Program-made: the position numbers and the translations under genes
Part shown: piece by piece, positions 29,507-38,708 of the stretch
How positions within the stretch are numbered: the stretch's first letter is position 1
How the letters are laid out: each line of letters starts with the position of its first letter
Notes under the pieces: generated by a model
Told to the model about the DNA's origin: nothing
Databases searched by the model: none
Seen by the model: the letters and a program-made list of their open reading frames with translations, nothing else
From: an uncultured Clostridia bacterium
GTDB taxonomy: Bacteria; Bacillota; Clostridia; TANB77; CAG-508
Direction of reading: 5' to 3'
Length of the DNA stretch: 64,000 nt
Assembly (NCBI GenBank): GCA_947581895.1
Contig: CANPWE010000003.1
Span: forward strand, 3,005-67,004

Positions 29507-29554
29507 ATATTAGATACCCTATATTATATATGGGGTATTTAATATAAACTTTTA

Positions 29555-29667
29555 AAATGTTACAGAACTACACTTCTGTTACTTTTTATAGAGATTTCAT
29601 TCATAATATGGCAAAAAAATGTTACAGAAATGATAAAAATAGATATAATTAAATGTTACAGAAATGA
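29555..29667 (+). repeat. three direct copies of aaatgttacagaa upstream of the recombinase gene
   Basis: Copies at 29555, 29617 and 29651. The first lies within an imperfect palindrome, atgttacagaactacacttctgttac. Confidence 0.5.
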
Positions 29668-29681
29668 AAGGGGTGTTTTTA

Positions 29682-30554
29682 ATGCATGAAAATTTTGAAA
29701 ATTATATGAAAGAAAATGGACTTTCCGATAACACTTGTGAATGTTATTCACGAGATTTAAAATTATTCGAAAAATATTACTTTGATTCATATGGAGAAGA
29801 TTTAACTCAACTTATACATTCGGATATAATTGAATATAGAAACTATTTAAATAAACACGGTATATCTCCAAAAACTATAAATAAGAAAATTGCAGCACTA
29901 AAACAATACAATTTATTTTTGGTAAAGGAAAACATTCAAAATGATATTGTAATAATAGATAAAGATTATATAAAAATTCAAAATTCTATAATTCCTAAAA
30001 AATTACCAACCAATTTAGAGATAAATCGTATTAAACACTTTGCTTGTAAAGATGATAAAAACCCAAAACGTGATATGTGTATTGTTTCAATTTTTACTTA
30101 TGGAGGACTAAGAGTTAGCGAATTAATTAATATAAAGATAACAGATATTAAATTAGAACAACGATTTATTAACATTATTGGAAAAGGAAACAAATTTAGA
30201 CAAATAATAATTAACGATGTAATGTATGAGGCTATAAAGGATTATCTTCAAGAAAGAGCAGATATGAATATTATCAATCCTTACCTTATTATAGGTCAAA
30301 AGAATAAAAATAATAATTTGCCCGTAAGTAGAAAATTTTGTAATGATCTTCTTGATAAATACAGTGGAATGATTAAATCTGTAAAATTACATCCTCATCT
30401 TTTGAGGTCATTTTTCTGCACAAATGCGTTACACAACGCTGGTTACAGTATAGAGCAAGTAGCAAATCAAGCTGGTCATTGTAGTTTGAATACCACTAAA
30501 ATGTATTTAGTTAGTGAACAAGAAGATTTACTTACTTTAGCAAATAAAATGTAA
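29682..30554 (+). CDS. tyrosine recombinase (XerC/XerD-like integrase)
   Basis: N-terminal core-binding (SAM-like) domain. C-terminal HPHLLRSFFCTNALHNAGYSIEQVANQAGHCSLNTTKMYL (H..R...Y). Start moved to MHENF, which has an aaagggg RBS. The ORF track started at 29664. Confidence 0.8.
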   Translation: MHENFENYMKENGLSDNTCECYSRDLKLFEKYYFDSYGEDLTQLIHSDIIEYRNYLNKHGISPKTINKKIAALKQYNLFLVKENIQNDIVIIDKDYIKIQNSIIPKKLPTNLEINRIKHFACKDDKNPKRDMCIVSIFTYGGLRVSELINIKITDIKLEQRFINIIGKGNKFRQIIINDVMYEAIKDYLQERADMNIINPYLIIGQKNKNNNLPVSRKFCNDLLDKYSGMIKSVKLHPHLLRSFFCTNALHNAGYSIEQVANQAGHCSLNTTKMYLVSEQEDLLTLANKM

Positions 30555-30606
30555 CTCAGAGCCTACCCTTTAAATAGAGTAGGCTTATTTTCTACTATAT
30601 AAATGA

Positions 30607-30942
30607 TTAATTATTTTCATTCCAACTATGTTTTCTTAGTATTTCATAATACTTTTTATCTAATAATTCAAACTTTTTAAATAGTCTATCATATTCCTCT
30701 TTGCTAACTCCTACACTGCTTAATTCTTTAAAGCCTTCTTTATCTTCCTCTGTCATATTTTCATCCTCATAATACGCTCCAACCGCTAAACTTAATCTCT
30801 CATATTCAGCTCCAGTACACATAGGTTCATTAATTACTATTTCTAGTCTTTTTAACAAATCATAATCATCCTTATTTAGAATTTCATCTAAATTGATAGT
30901 CTTTTCATTTTGGTACATTTCTAACCATTTCTTATGTTCCAT
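30607..30942 (-). CDS. hypothetical protein
   Basis: 111-aa ORF. ggaggtaattt RBS. Confidence 0.45.
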   Translation of the reverse strand: MEHKKWLEMYQNEKTINLDEILNKDDYDLLKRLEIVINEPMCTGAEYERLSLAVGAYYEDENMTEEDKEGFKELSSVGVSKEEYDRLFKKFELLDKKYYEILRKHSWNENN

Positions 30943-31105
30943 AAATTACCTCCTATAACCTTCTATCCTTAAAATAATATGCGCGATTTTAAATCAAAAA
31001 AATTATTCCTTTCATATATTTTTTGTTTCATGGTTAGACTATATTTATAGCCTAATATTTTAAAAAATATTGCTATATTCTAAACAAATATAACAAGTAA
31101 AGGAG

Positions 31106-31867
31106 CTAACCAAATGCAATAGGTGTAAATATTGTGAATATTATAATTGTAAATTGTCTTACTATGAATTTTATATTTATCTTAAAGAATAAATAAACAA
31201 ACATAGCCAATATAATAGCTGTTGATACTGCATTACCAGTCTTTATACTTTTAAGCATACTATCTCCAATAAGCCCATTTAAACTTCCACCTGAAGCAGT
31301 AACTAATAGATGTACCATTGCATTATTCATATATATCAAAAATCTAATAAACAATGGTGCTAAAGCAATAAATGCTCCTCCAAAGCATAGCCTCATTAAG
31401 CTTTCTTTTGCTTCATTTTTTCTTGCAGTATTCATTCCTGCCATTGTTATTTTGTATGAAAGAATTACTACAGCAATTAAAATTAAACTACTTGATAATA
31501 CTGCAAATATTCTGTACCAATTCATTGTTTTGTTCCACAGTCCTACATCAAACGGGGCGAGAGTATCAAAATTTCCATTTAATCTCCCCATAACGTCAAG
31601 CATTTTTCTGTTAAATATTAATTCGTCATATTGTTTAAATCCTACATCTAATTCATCAGATGTAACAACATTCATAACTGTTTGAGCAATTCCTGCAATA
31701 CATTCTGCTATTATCTTTTCAAATAAAGAACCATCTTCTTCTTCAACTTGCTTTTTCATATCTAGCTTGTCATCTTTTTTATCTGCAGCATAGCAAAAAC
31801 TAGGCGATAATAAAAAAAGAATAGTAACTATTATTACTAAACTTTTAAGAATCTTTTTCAATTTCAT
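31106..31867 (-). CDS. polytopic membrane protein, possibly VirB6/TrbL-like (conjugation channel) fragment
   Basis: Signal-peptide-like N-terminus and at least 4 predicted TM segments. Sits in a T4SS-remnant context. aggaggtaatg RBS. Confidence 0.4.
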   Translation of the reverse strand: MKLKKILKSLVIIVTILFLLSPSFCYAADKKDDKLDMKKQVEEEDGSLFEKIIAECIAGIAQTVMNVVTSDELDVGFKQYDELIFNRKMLDVMGRLNGNFDTLAPFDVGLWNKTMNWYRIFAVLSSSLILIAVVILSYKITMAGMNTARKNEAKESLMRLCFGGAFIALAPLFIRFLIYMNNAMVHLLVTASGGSLNGLIGDSMLKSIKTGNAVSTAIILAMFVYLFFKINIKFIVRQFTIIIFTIFTPIAFG

Positions 31868-31927
31868 TACCTCCTTTCACTTAAAAACTCGCGTTGAACT
31901 TTTTTATTCAACACGAGTTTAATTTTA

Positions 31928-32191
31928 TTATTTATCTCTATAATGTGAACCACATTGAGCAATTATAATCTGGTTATTCTCTATCTTGTAGACAATTCTG
32001 TTTTTATCATCAATTCTTCTACTCCAATAGCCAGCTAAATTTCCTGACAAAGGCTCTGGTTTTCCTAATCCTTCATAGCCATTTCTATCTATATCTTTTA
32101 GTAATAAGTTGATTTTTTTAAGAGTTTTCTTATCTTGTGTCTGCCAGTATAAGTAATCCTCCCAAGCATCATCTTGCCAAGCCTTATTCAT
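31928..32191 (-). CDS. yoeB: YoeB/Txe-family toxin
   Basis: MNKAWQDDAWEDYLYWQTQDKKTLKKINLLLKDIDRNGYEGLGKPEPLSGNLAGYWSRRIDDKNRIVYKIEN...CGSHYRDK is collinear with E. coli YoeB. Confidence 0.8.
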   Translation of the reverse strand: MNKAWQDDAWEDYLYWQTQDKKTLKKINLLLKDIDRNGYEGLGKPEPLSGNLAGYWSRRIDDKNRIVYKIENNQIIIAQCGSHYRDK

Positions 32192-32447
32192 CTTCCACCT
32201 CTATTATGTCATGAACTGTAATTTTTCCCTCCTCAATATCTTTTACAGCTTTCTCTAATCTTTCCATATTGGCAGCACTATAAAAAGGATCTGCTGTTAT
32301 TTCAAAAGGGATTCTTTGTTCTTTTACTGCCTTTTTTACAAAAATATTAAATGCTGTTGTCATTGTCATTCCTGTATCTGAGCAGAATTTTTCAAATTGT
32401 TTTTTCAATTCTTCGTCTATTCTAATACTAATATTGGTTTGTGCCAT
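32184..32447 (-). CDS. RelB/DinJ-family (RHH) antitoxin
   Basis: MAQTNISIRIDEELKKQFEKFCSDTGMTMTTAFNIFVKKAVKEQRIPFEI, the DinJ-like ribbon-helix-helix pattern. 8-nt overlap with the toxin gene. Confidence 0.7.
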   Translation of the reverse strand: MAQTNISIRIDEELKKQFEKFCSDTGMTMTTAFNIFVKKAVKEQRIPFEITADPFYSAANMERLEKAVKDIEEGKITVHDIIEVEDE

Positions 32448-32768
32448 TTTCCTTCACTCCTCTCTTTCTACTATTATATGAATTATATCATTTTATTTAT
32501 ACATTGTCAAGATATTTAATGACATTGTAATAACGTTATTATATGTCATTTTATATAATAATATACTTTTAAAGAATGATTGTTCACACTATATTCTAAG
32601 TGAATACAAACTGTTTTTCATATTCTGTTATTATAAATTTAATCGCTGTAACACTATTATTTAAACTTATTACACACTCTCCTGGATTTGCAGTTGTTAA
32701 GAAATTTTTAGTTCCTTCAGATAAATTAAAGAAATTTACTACTTCATCAACATTGCCGTGGTGCTTGT

Positions 32769-34421
32769 TTAAATAAATATCTTGTTGAGCATATGTTTAT
32801 AATAGTTTTTCCGTTCTTCGCTATTTAAAAATTCATCAATAAATTGACTACCTATAAATAGTGGAACATTATATTTTCTTCCACGTCTTGCAACATTTAC
32901 TAGAAAGTCTGCTGATTCTTGATATTTCAAGAAAAGCCAACCTTCATCACATATTATGATTTTTTTCTTATTTTTGTTTTTTAACACAAACTTTTGCCAT
33001 ACCCATGTTAGTATTACAAAAGATGCATATAATTTTGTAAATTCATCTTTTATCTCACTCATATCAAAACAAACTATTTCCGCATCAGAGCGAATTTTAC
33101 TTTCACAATCAAATATACCAAGTGAATTTCCTTTTAGATATGTTGCTAAAATATTAGATAATTCCACACATTTTCCTCTTTCAACTAACTTTCTATGAAA
33201 GTCTGAAAGTGTTGGCATCTTTTTAGCGATTCTACCTATTGCATATTTCCCATTTCCAAGTTTTCCACCTTTTCTTTCGTATAAGGAATTTACATCACTT
33301 GTAATTCCTTTATCTGCGTAAAGTTGGTCAACAATTATTTCTATTTCAGAAGTTTCAGTTCCGTTTAGTTTTCTACTTTGTGAGTTTCTACATATAGTCG
33401 CTATCAATGAACGAATTTCTGATACTTTATCTTTGATATTTAAAAATTGTTTTCCTTCTTTTTCTTCAGGTTCTATTTCAAATGGATTTATTCCAGTGCT
33501 TTCTCCTTGTACTATTTTGATGACCTCTCCACCTAACATTTTTGTTAAATTAGAATATTCACCTTCAACATCTATAAAGAAAGCTCCACAACCTGTGGTT
33601 GCTATGTTTCTAGCTGCTAATGTTTTTAATGCTACACTTTTTCCTCCTCCCGAAGTTCCACAAATAAATACATGTGGATTTGGTAGTGATGGAGGTCCTA
33701 TAAAAGTATCAACATATACTGGAGCATTTGTAAACATATTTCTTCCAATAAAAATCCCTCTATCATGCGATAAATTAGGATTTGAAATTGGAATTAATGT
33801 TCCAATTCCTCCAGCTACCATATTTCTTTCATAATTTGGAATTGGTATATCTCCAATTGGTAACATTGTTTTTAATCCCTCTAACTGTCTAAAAGTTAGA
33901 GTTCTAATCATTGCTGTTTTCTTATTAAGTTCACTTTCTAATATTTTTGTTTTTTCATTTAATTCTTGCAAGCTTTCAGCATTTAATGTAATAAAAATGC
34001 TTGCAAAGAATAGTTTATCTTGATTAGTTTGAATTAACATTCTTAATTCTTCCAAGTCTGTAATTTGCTTTTCTAACTCTGGAAGATGTAATATATTTCC
34101 TTGTCTTGAATAAGTTGCATATTCCGACTGACTTTGTACTAATCTTTTTGTTAATTGATTAATAACATTTCCATTACTTGATGGAACGACTTTTACTGAA
34201 ATACTAATATTTCCAATATTAAATAAATCATCAAGCCAACTAACCCAAGTTTGTTCTGGATATATAATCATTGCAAATATCCTTGAAAACTTGTTATAAC
34301 CTAACACTAAATAATCCTTTTTCTCTTGTAGCTCGTCTGGTAAAAGTAAATTTTCTAAGCCTGGAATATTATTAAAAATGTCAATTTCTTCTTGCTTTTC
34401 TTTTTTGCTTTTTCCCAACAT
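32769..34421 (-). CDS. VirB4/TraC-like conjugative ATPase, ATPase module (separate ORF from its N-domain)
   Basis: Walker A FICGTSGGGKSVALKTL, Walker B IICDEGWLFL, ...LFIGSQ. Own GAAGGAGG RBS 8 nt before the ATG, inside the 3' end of the upstream ORF. The protein ends shortly after the SQ motif, so it may be C-terminally truncated. Confidence 0.7.
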   Translation of the reverse strand: MLGKSKKEKQEEIDIFNNIPGLENLLLPDELQEKKDYLVLGYNKFSRIFAMIIYPEQTWVSWLDDLFNIGNISISVKVVPSSNGNVINQLTKRLVQSQSEYATYSRQGNILHLPELEKQITDLEELRMLIQTNQDKLFFASIFITLNAESLQELNEKTKILESELNKKTAMIRTLTFRQLEGLKTMLPIGDIPIPNYERNMVAGGIGTLIPISNPNLSHDRGIFIGRNMFTNAPVYVDTFIGPPSLPNPHVFICGTSGGGKSVALKTLAARNIATTGCGAFFIDVEGEYSNLTKMLGGEVIKIVQGESTGINPFEIEPEEKEGKQFLNIKDKVSEIRSLIATICRNSQSRKLNGTETSEIEIIVDQLYADKGITSDVNSLYERKGGKLGNGKYAIGRIAKKMPTLSDFHRKLVERGKCVELSNILATYLKGNSLGIFDCESKIRSDAEIVCFDMSEIKDEFTKLYASFVILTWVWQKFVLKNKNKKKIIICDEGWLFLKYQESADFLVNVARRGRKYNVPLFIGSQFIDEFLNSEERKNYYKHMLNKIFI

Positions 34422-34920
34422 ACAGGTTCTTTCCTCCTTCCTTAAGTAAGCTAATATTTAACGCCGAATTTTTATTGAGTTCTCTATAAATCAAGTTGTA
34501 AAGATCATCTTCATTAAGCACATCACACACGATTTTAGCTCTCAATAAATTACCTTTGAAAGAGGTAGCTTTTCTATTTAGTTCATCAATGGCCTTTTCA
34601 TAAGTTCCATCGTAACTTATAATCGCATAGTTTTTCACAACAGATATTGACCTGTTTTCCATTAAATTTTCCAAATATTCAACCAAATACTTTTGATATT
34701 CATGTATCTGTTGACTTTTTGTCTTATTTTCTTTAATTAAATTTATAATTTTACTTGTATCTATAAATTCTGTTGTTGAAAAGAATTGCACTGGATAATC
34801 TATTGCTAAAGCTGTTTGAATTAAAACACTCTCTATTGCATCTTGTTCACTATTTGAAAGCATATTGTAATCAATATTTCCAAGCTTTACAATATTTGAA
34901 TACCTGTTACCTATACACAA
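34381..34920 (-). CDS. VirB4 N-terminal domain protein (separate ORF)
   Basis: 179 aa, overlaps the ATPase ORF by 41 nt in another frame. In Gram-positive VirB4 proteins (e.g. Tn916 Orf16) this region is normally the first ~200 aa of the same polypeptide. Confidence 0.55.
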   Translation of the reverse strand: MCIGNRYSNIVKLGNIDYNMLSNSEQDAIESVLIQTALAIDYPVQFFSTTEFIDTSKIINLIKENKTKSQQIHEYQKYLVEYLENLMENRSISVVKNYAIISYDGTYEKAIDELNRKATSFKGNLLRAKIVCDVLNEDDLYNLIYRELNKNSALNISLLKEGGKNLYVGKKQKRKARRN

Positions 34921-35188
34921 AGTTCTTTTTTCTGAATAGAAATTTTATTGCATAAAAAAAGAACTTGTCGAAGTTCTGTTCACCGATTTTAAAAAAGCTA
35001 CATAGTAGAAAAAAAGTTGCTAATAACACAACTAAAACTATTTTTACTATTATGGATATTTTTATTGCAAATATTGCTAAACATGCAGCAGTTATCATTA
35101 AGTAAATTACTTGCCTTAAACTTAAATATCCTCCAAAAATCTTCTCCTCTCGTTTAATATCATATGGTACTTTATACACTTTCATATG
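34907..35188 (-). CDS. PrgI/VirB3-like small membrane protein
   Basis: MKVYKVPYDIKREEKIFGGYLSLRQVIYLMITAACLAIF... is the typical PrgI-family N-terminus, immediately upstream of VirB4. Start taken at the internal Met. The longer ORF-track form overlaps the upstream gene. Confidence 0.55.
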   Translation of the reverse strand, partial: HMKVYKVPYDIKREEKIFGGYLSLRQVIYLMITAACLAIFAIKISIIVKIVLVVLLATFFLLCSFFKIGEQNFDKFFFYAIKFLFRKKNFVYR

Positions 35189-35199
35189 GCAAGCACCTC

Positions 35200-35601
35200 C
35201 TATGTTCCTGTTCCGCCGCCACTTGTTAGCAAAGCACCAGAGTTGTTTGTTGCTACATTTATTATGATTCCAGCTATAATTAATGATGCACCTAAAATTA
35301 CACCACCACCACAAATCCATGCTAAACTTCCAATACTTTCAGACCTTTTTTGTGGATTGTTTGAATTAGCAATCATTTTTAATGCAGCTACAACAATACT
35401 TGCGAAGATTAGAACTCCACCCAATGGCATTGCAATACTTGTAATTACTCTTTTAATGTTGTCTGTTGCTGTTTGCACTTCCTCTGTTCCTATTGTTTCA
35501 GCAAAGCATTGATTCCCTTGTATTGCTAAAAGTGTTAGTGTTGTTCCAATTGTAGATAATTTTTTCATTATCTTCTTTTGTTTTTTAGTTACTTTCTCCA
35601 T
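35200..35601 (-). CDS. secreted/membrane protein, possibly VirB2-like pilin
   Basis: Signal peptide (LSTIGTTLTLLAIQGNQCFA) followed by two hydrophobic helices. 133 aa. Positioned upstream of the PrgI-like gene. Confidence 0.4.
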   Translation of the reverse strand: MEKVTKKQKKIMKKLSTIGTTLTLLAIQGNQCFAETIGTEEVQTATDNIKRVITSIAMPLGGVLIFASIVVAALKMIANSNNPQKRSESIGSLAWICGGGVILGASLIIAGIIINVATNNSGALLTSGGGTGT

Positions 35602-35662
35602 AACTTTTCACTCCTTTACGATTATTTTTGAAGGGCTATCGTAATAGAAGCACTATAAATTT

Positions 35663-35914
35663 TTACATCAGGTTTCTAAAATGCACTACAAAAATTGGAA
35701 TTGATAAGAATAATAAACTTATCAAAATCAAACTTGGTACTGCTATTAAAAACTTTGATTTTATCTTCTGTGATTTTATCAAGCATCCTATTGCTAGCAT
35801 AATTAAAGATAATATAGTTAATATCGTGAGAACTATTACTATAACTTTAAAGCTAACAAAGAAGATGTTAGATACTGTTGTTTCAAAATTGTTTATGTAG
35901 TTATCATAAAGCAT
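35663..35914 (-). CDS. small membrane protein
   Basis: 83 aa with two TM helices. Confidence 0.4.
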   Translation of the reverse strand: MLYDNYINNFETTVSNIFFVSFKVIVIVLTILTILSLIMLAIGCLIKSQKIKSKFLIAVPSLILISLLFLSIPIFVVHFRNLM

Positions 35915-35929
35915 TTATATCAGCTCCTT

Positions 35930-36643
35930 TTAGGTACTGTTATTGGTGTATTTATTTATAATTGACCTTTTATAATAATTTAATAAATCATTTGGTTGAT
36001 GTTCTTTCGCTATGGCATATAAATTTATTAAATCCTCTCGTTTTATTGCAGACATAAGATAAGTAAACTCACTTTCATAAATTAAATACAAAGTAAATAT
36101 TATATTTTTTAGCACATTTATTCTTTCAGTTTTCCACATGTTTAGTATTTCCTGTGGATAAATGAGCTCTAATCGTTCCAATATTTCATAAAACTCTTTT
36201 GAAATTTCATCGCCTTTATTATTTATAATATAAAATAAGTCATCTATATTATATTTTATATTATTCTCTTTGACTTTTTCGTCAATACCCTCTTGATCTT
36301 TTTGACAATAGGGGTATTGATTTTTTTGACAATAGGGTATGTCTAAAATATAAATATCTCTTTCAACAATTTCCTTATTCTCATTTTTTATAATTTCAAT
36401 TTTTATATATCCTTGTTTTTGTAAATTTGAAAGCCATCTACTTATCGTTTCATTACTTACATTATACAATTCTGCAAAATATTTATTTTTAGCATAACAA
36501 AAACCATATTTATTAGCCAAAGCTGTTACTTCTCCATAAAGTAACTTTTCAGATGATTTTAATTTTTTATCATACCTAACCGTAGCCGGTATAACCGCAT
36601 AATAACTAATCTGATTTTCTTCATTCATCTTGACCTCCTTCAT
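35930..36643 (-). CDS. HTH replication-organizer/initiator-like protein
   Basis: N-terminal ...YYAVIPATVRYDKKLKSSEKLLYGEVTALANKYGFCYAKNKYFAELYNVSNETISRWLSNLQKQGYIKIE (winged-HTH of phage/plasmid replisome organizers). Contains an 18-bp tandem DNA repeat encoding YPYCQK twice. Confidence 0.5.
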   Translation of the reverse strand: MKEVKMNEENQISYYAVIPATVRYDKKLKSSEKLLYGEVTALANKYGFCYAKNKYFAELYNVSNETISRWLSNLQKQGYIKIEIIKNENKEIVERDIYILDIPYCQKNQYPYCQKDQEGIDEKVKENNIKYNIDDLFYIINNKGDEISKEFYEILERLELIYPQEILNMWKTERINVLKNIIFTLYLIYESEFTYLMSAIKREDLINLYAIAKEHQPNDLLNYYKRSIINKYTNNST

Positions 36644-37014
36644 TATTTATGTGTTCATCTGCTTGCTTTCCTGTTAAAATACAAGCATACAAAAAGAGGC
36701 TTAAATTAGCCCCTAAAAATAATCCTAAAATAAATAAAAACATATACCTGACCCTCCGATTCTTTTAACTTTTTTACAAATTTTTAAAAAGCACGAGAAT
36801 ATCAACGATTTCTCATGCCCCCAGAGTGCAATTTTTCATGCCCCCAAATTCCCCCAAAAAGTAGTTTTATAATAAATCTTTTTAATTTTTTTTAAACCAT
36901 AATAAACTATTTTAAACATTTCTAATTTTCCAAAAACCTTTACATTTCAAGTATTATAAGCTATAATCATTAATATTAGTTGGATGCATGTAGTTTGAGT
37001 TTTTTTAATTTTTT

Positions 37015-37061
37015 CTCACTACGAACCAGAATGTCGGGGGTTCGAATCCTCCGTTGCACCA
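37015..37061 (+). pseudogene. 3' fragment of a tRNA-Arg-like gene (anticodon loop to CCA), candidate attR
   Basis: ctcactacgaaccagaatgtcgggggttcgaatcctccgttgcacca. Contains the anticodon-loop, T-arm and acceptor-CCA segments, but no 5' half precedes it. Confidence 0.6.
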
Positions 37062-37105
37062 CTAATTTTTCTGTTCTAAATAGTAGAACAGAATTTAATT
37101 TTATG

Positions 37106-38650
37106 TCAATTATCTTCATCTAACAATATTTTATCTAAATTTTCTACTGTAGGTTCTGTTATAATATTTCCCATATAATCATATCTTGAACCATGACAAG
37201 GACAATCCCATGTTTTTTCTAAATTATTCCATTTAACTAAACATCCTAAATGCTTACAGTATGGTTTTACTGAAAATACTTTACCATCATCTCTTTTGTA
37301 TACTCCTATTTTTTCACCATCTATATCAACTATTCCTCCATCACCTATTGGTATTTTTTCATATACATCTTTAGCTGGTTTTATTTTATTAATTAACAAG
37401 GAATACGTACTCTCTTTAATCATATTTCCAAATTCCTTAATATTTTTTATAGGATTCATTCTTGTTGCTTTATATATTTCTGTATATTTATTATTTTTCC
37501 CCAAAACTAAATCAGAAATAATTTTTGCTGCTACATGTGCTGTACTCATTCCCCATTTTTTAAAACCTGTTGCAACATACATATATGGTAGTAGTGTTGA
37601 AAATTCTCCAATATATGGAATTTTATCTAGTGTTATACAATCTTCTGTTGACCATTTAAATTTAACCTCTGCTTCAGGATAGTAGTTTTTTATATAATTT
37701 TCTAGGTTTATAAAACTATCTTCTATTATTCCATTAGCCTGTCCTGTTTTATGTCCTGAACCTGCAACTATTAACAAATTATTTCCATTATATTTTGCAG
37801 TTCTAAAAGAAATTACAGGATTACATGATTGTATATACATTCCATCAATTATATCTTTATTTATATTATTGGTTTCAACAGCTATTGCATATGATTTATC
37901 CTGATACATTTTACTAAAATACATTCCTGGAAAATTTTTTATCGGAAAATGTGTTGCAAGCACTACTTTTTTTGCTATTACTGCACCATCCTCTGTACTT
38001 ATTTTATATGAACCACTATTATATTCTATATTTTCTACCTTACTATTTTCATAGATTTTTACACCTAATTTTGATGATCTTTCAAATAATTCAACAGTAT
38101 ATTTTCGTGAATTAAATTGTGCTTGATTTTTAAACTTTTCTGCACCTAATACCTTTTCCACAGGTATATTTATATTCTCTGTATATTCTGCATCAAAACC
38201 TATTTCTTTTAAAACTTTTATTTCTTGTTTAACCTTTTGTAACTCACTTTCATTTGTGGCAAAAACATATGCATCCTTTTTTTCAAAATCACATTCTATA
38301 TTTTCTTCATTTATAATTTTCTCTGCCAGTCTTATTCCTTCTTCATTTGATTCTAAATACATTTTTGCAAATTTTGCTCCATATTCATTATTTAGATAAT
38401 CATAAAATAATCCATGCTGACTAGTTAATTTTGCTGTTGAATACGCTGTTACACCCATACAAATTTTCCCTTTTTCTAATACCACAACATTAACTCCGTT
38501 TTTTGCTAATAAATATGATGTTACTGCACCTACTATACCTCCACCTATTACACAAACTTCAGTTTTTTCCTCTTTACTTAATTTAGGATAATTTGTTTCT
38601 TTGCTATCTGCAATCCATAACGATTTTTCCATAGCTTCAAACTCCTCCAT
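37106..38650 (-). CDS. FAD-dependent oxidoreductase fused to a C-terminal Rieske [2Fe-2S] domain
   Basis: N-terminal VIGGGIVGAVTSYLLAKNGVNVVVLEK (Rossmann FAD). C-terminal CKHLGC...CPCHGS Rieske motif. Confidence 0.8.
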   Translation of the reverse strand: MEEFEAMEKSLWIADSKETNYPKLSKEEKTEVCVIGGGIVGAVTSYLLAKNGVNVVVLEKGKICMGVTAYSTAKLTSQHGLFYDYLNNEYGAKFAKMYLESNEEGIRLAEKIINEENIECDFEKKDAYVFATNESELQKVKQEIKVLKEIGFDAEYTENINIPVEKVLGAEKFKNQAQFNSRKYTVELFERSSKLGVKIYENSKVENIEYNSGSYKISTEDGAVIAKKVVLATHFPIKNFPGMYFSKMYQDKSYAIAVETNNINKDIIDGMYIQSCNPVISFRTAKYNGNNLLIVAGSGHKTGQANGIIEDSFINLENYIKNYYPEAEVKFKWSTEDCITLDKIPYIGEFSTLLPYMYVATGFKKWGMSTAHVAAKIISDLVLGKNNKYTEIYKATRMNPIKNIKEFGNMIKESTYSLLINKIKPAKDVYEKIPIGDGGIVDIDGEKIGVYKRDDGKVFSVKPYCKHLGCLVKWNNLEKTWDCPCHGSRYDYMGNIITEPTVENLDKILLDEDN

Positions 38651-38708
38651 TCTTTTAATTTAATATCCTTTATATTTATGGAAATATTTTTTATATTTTT
38701 ACAAATTA

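Noticed and set aside
32769-34920. VirB4 split interpreted as a pseudogene
   Set aside because: The ATPase ORF has its own strong GAAGGAGG RBS and ATG correctly spaced inside the end of the N-domain ORF, and the second VirB4 locus shows the same arrangement. Treated as a genuine two-ORF organisation, flagged for checking.
34907-35320. 137-aa form of the PrgI-like ORF
   Set aside because: Its first 44 codons overlap the upstream pilin-like gene in another frame. The internal Met (MKVYKVPYDIK) gives the canonical PrgI-family start, so the shorter CDS was used.
37015-37061. Complete tRNA gene
   Set aside because: Only the anticodon-loop to CCA portion is present. The upstream sequence (gtagtttgagtttttttaattttttctca) cannot form an acceptor or D arm.
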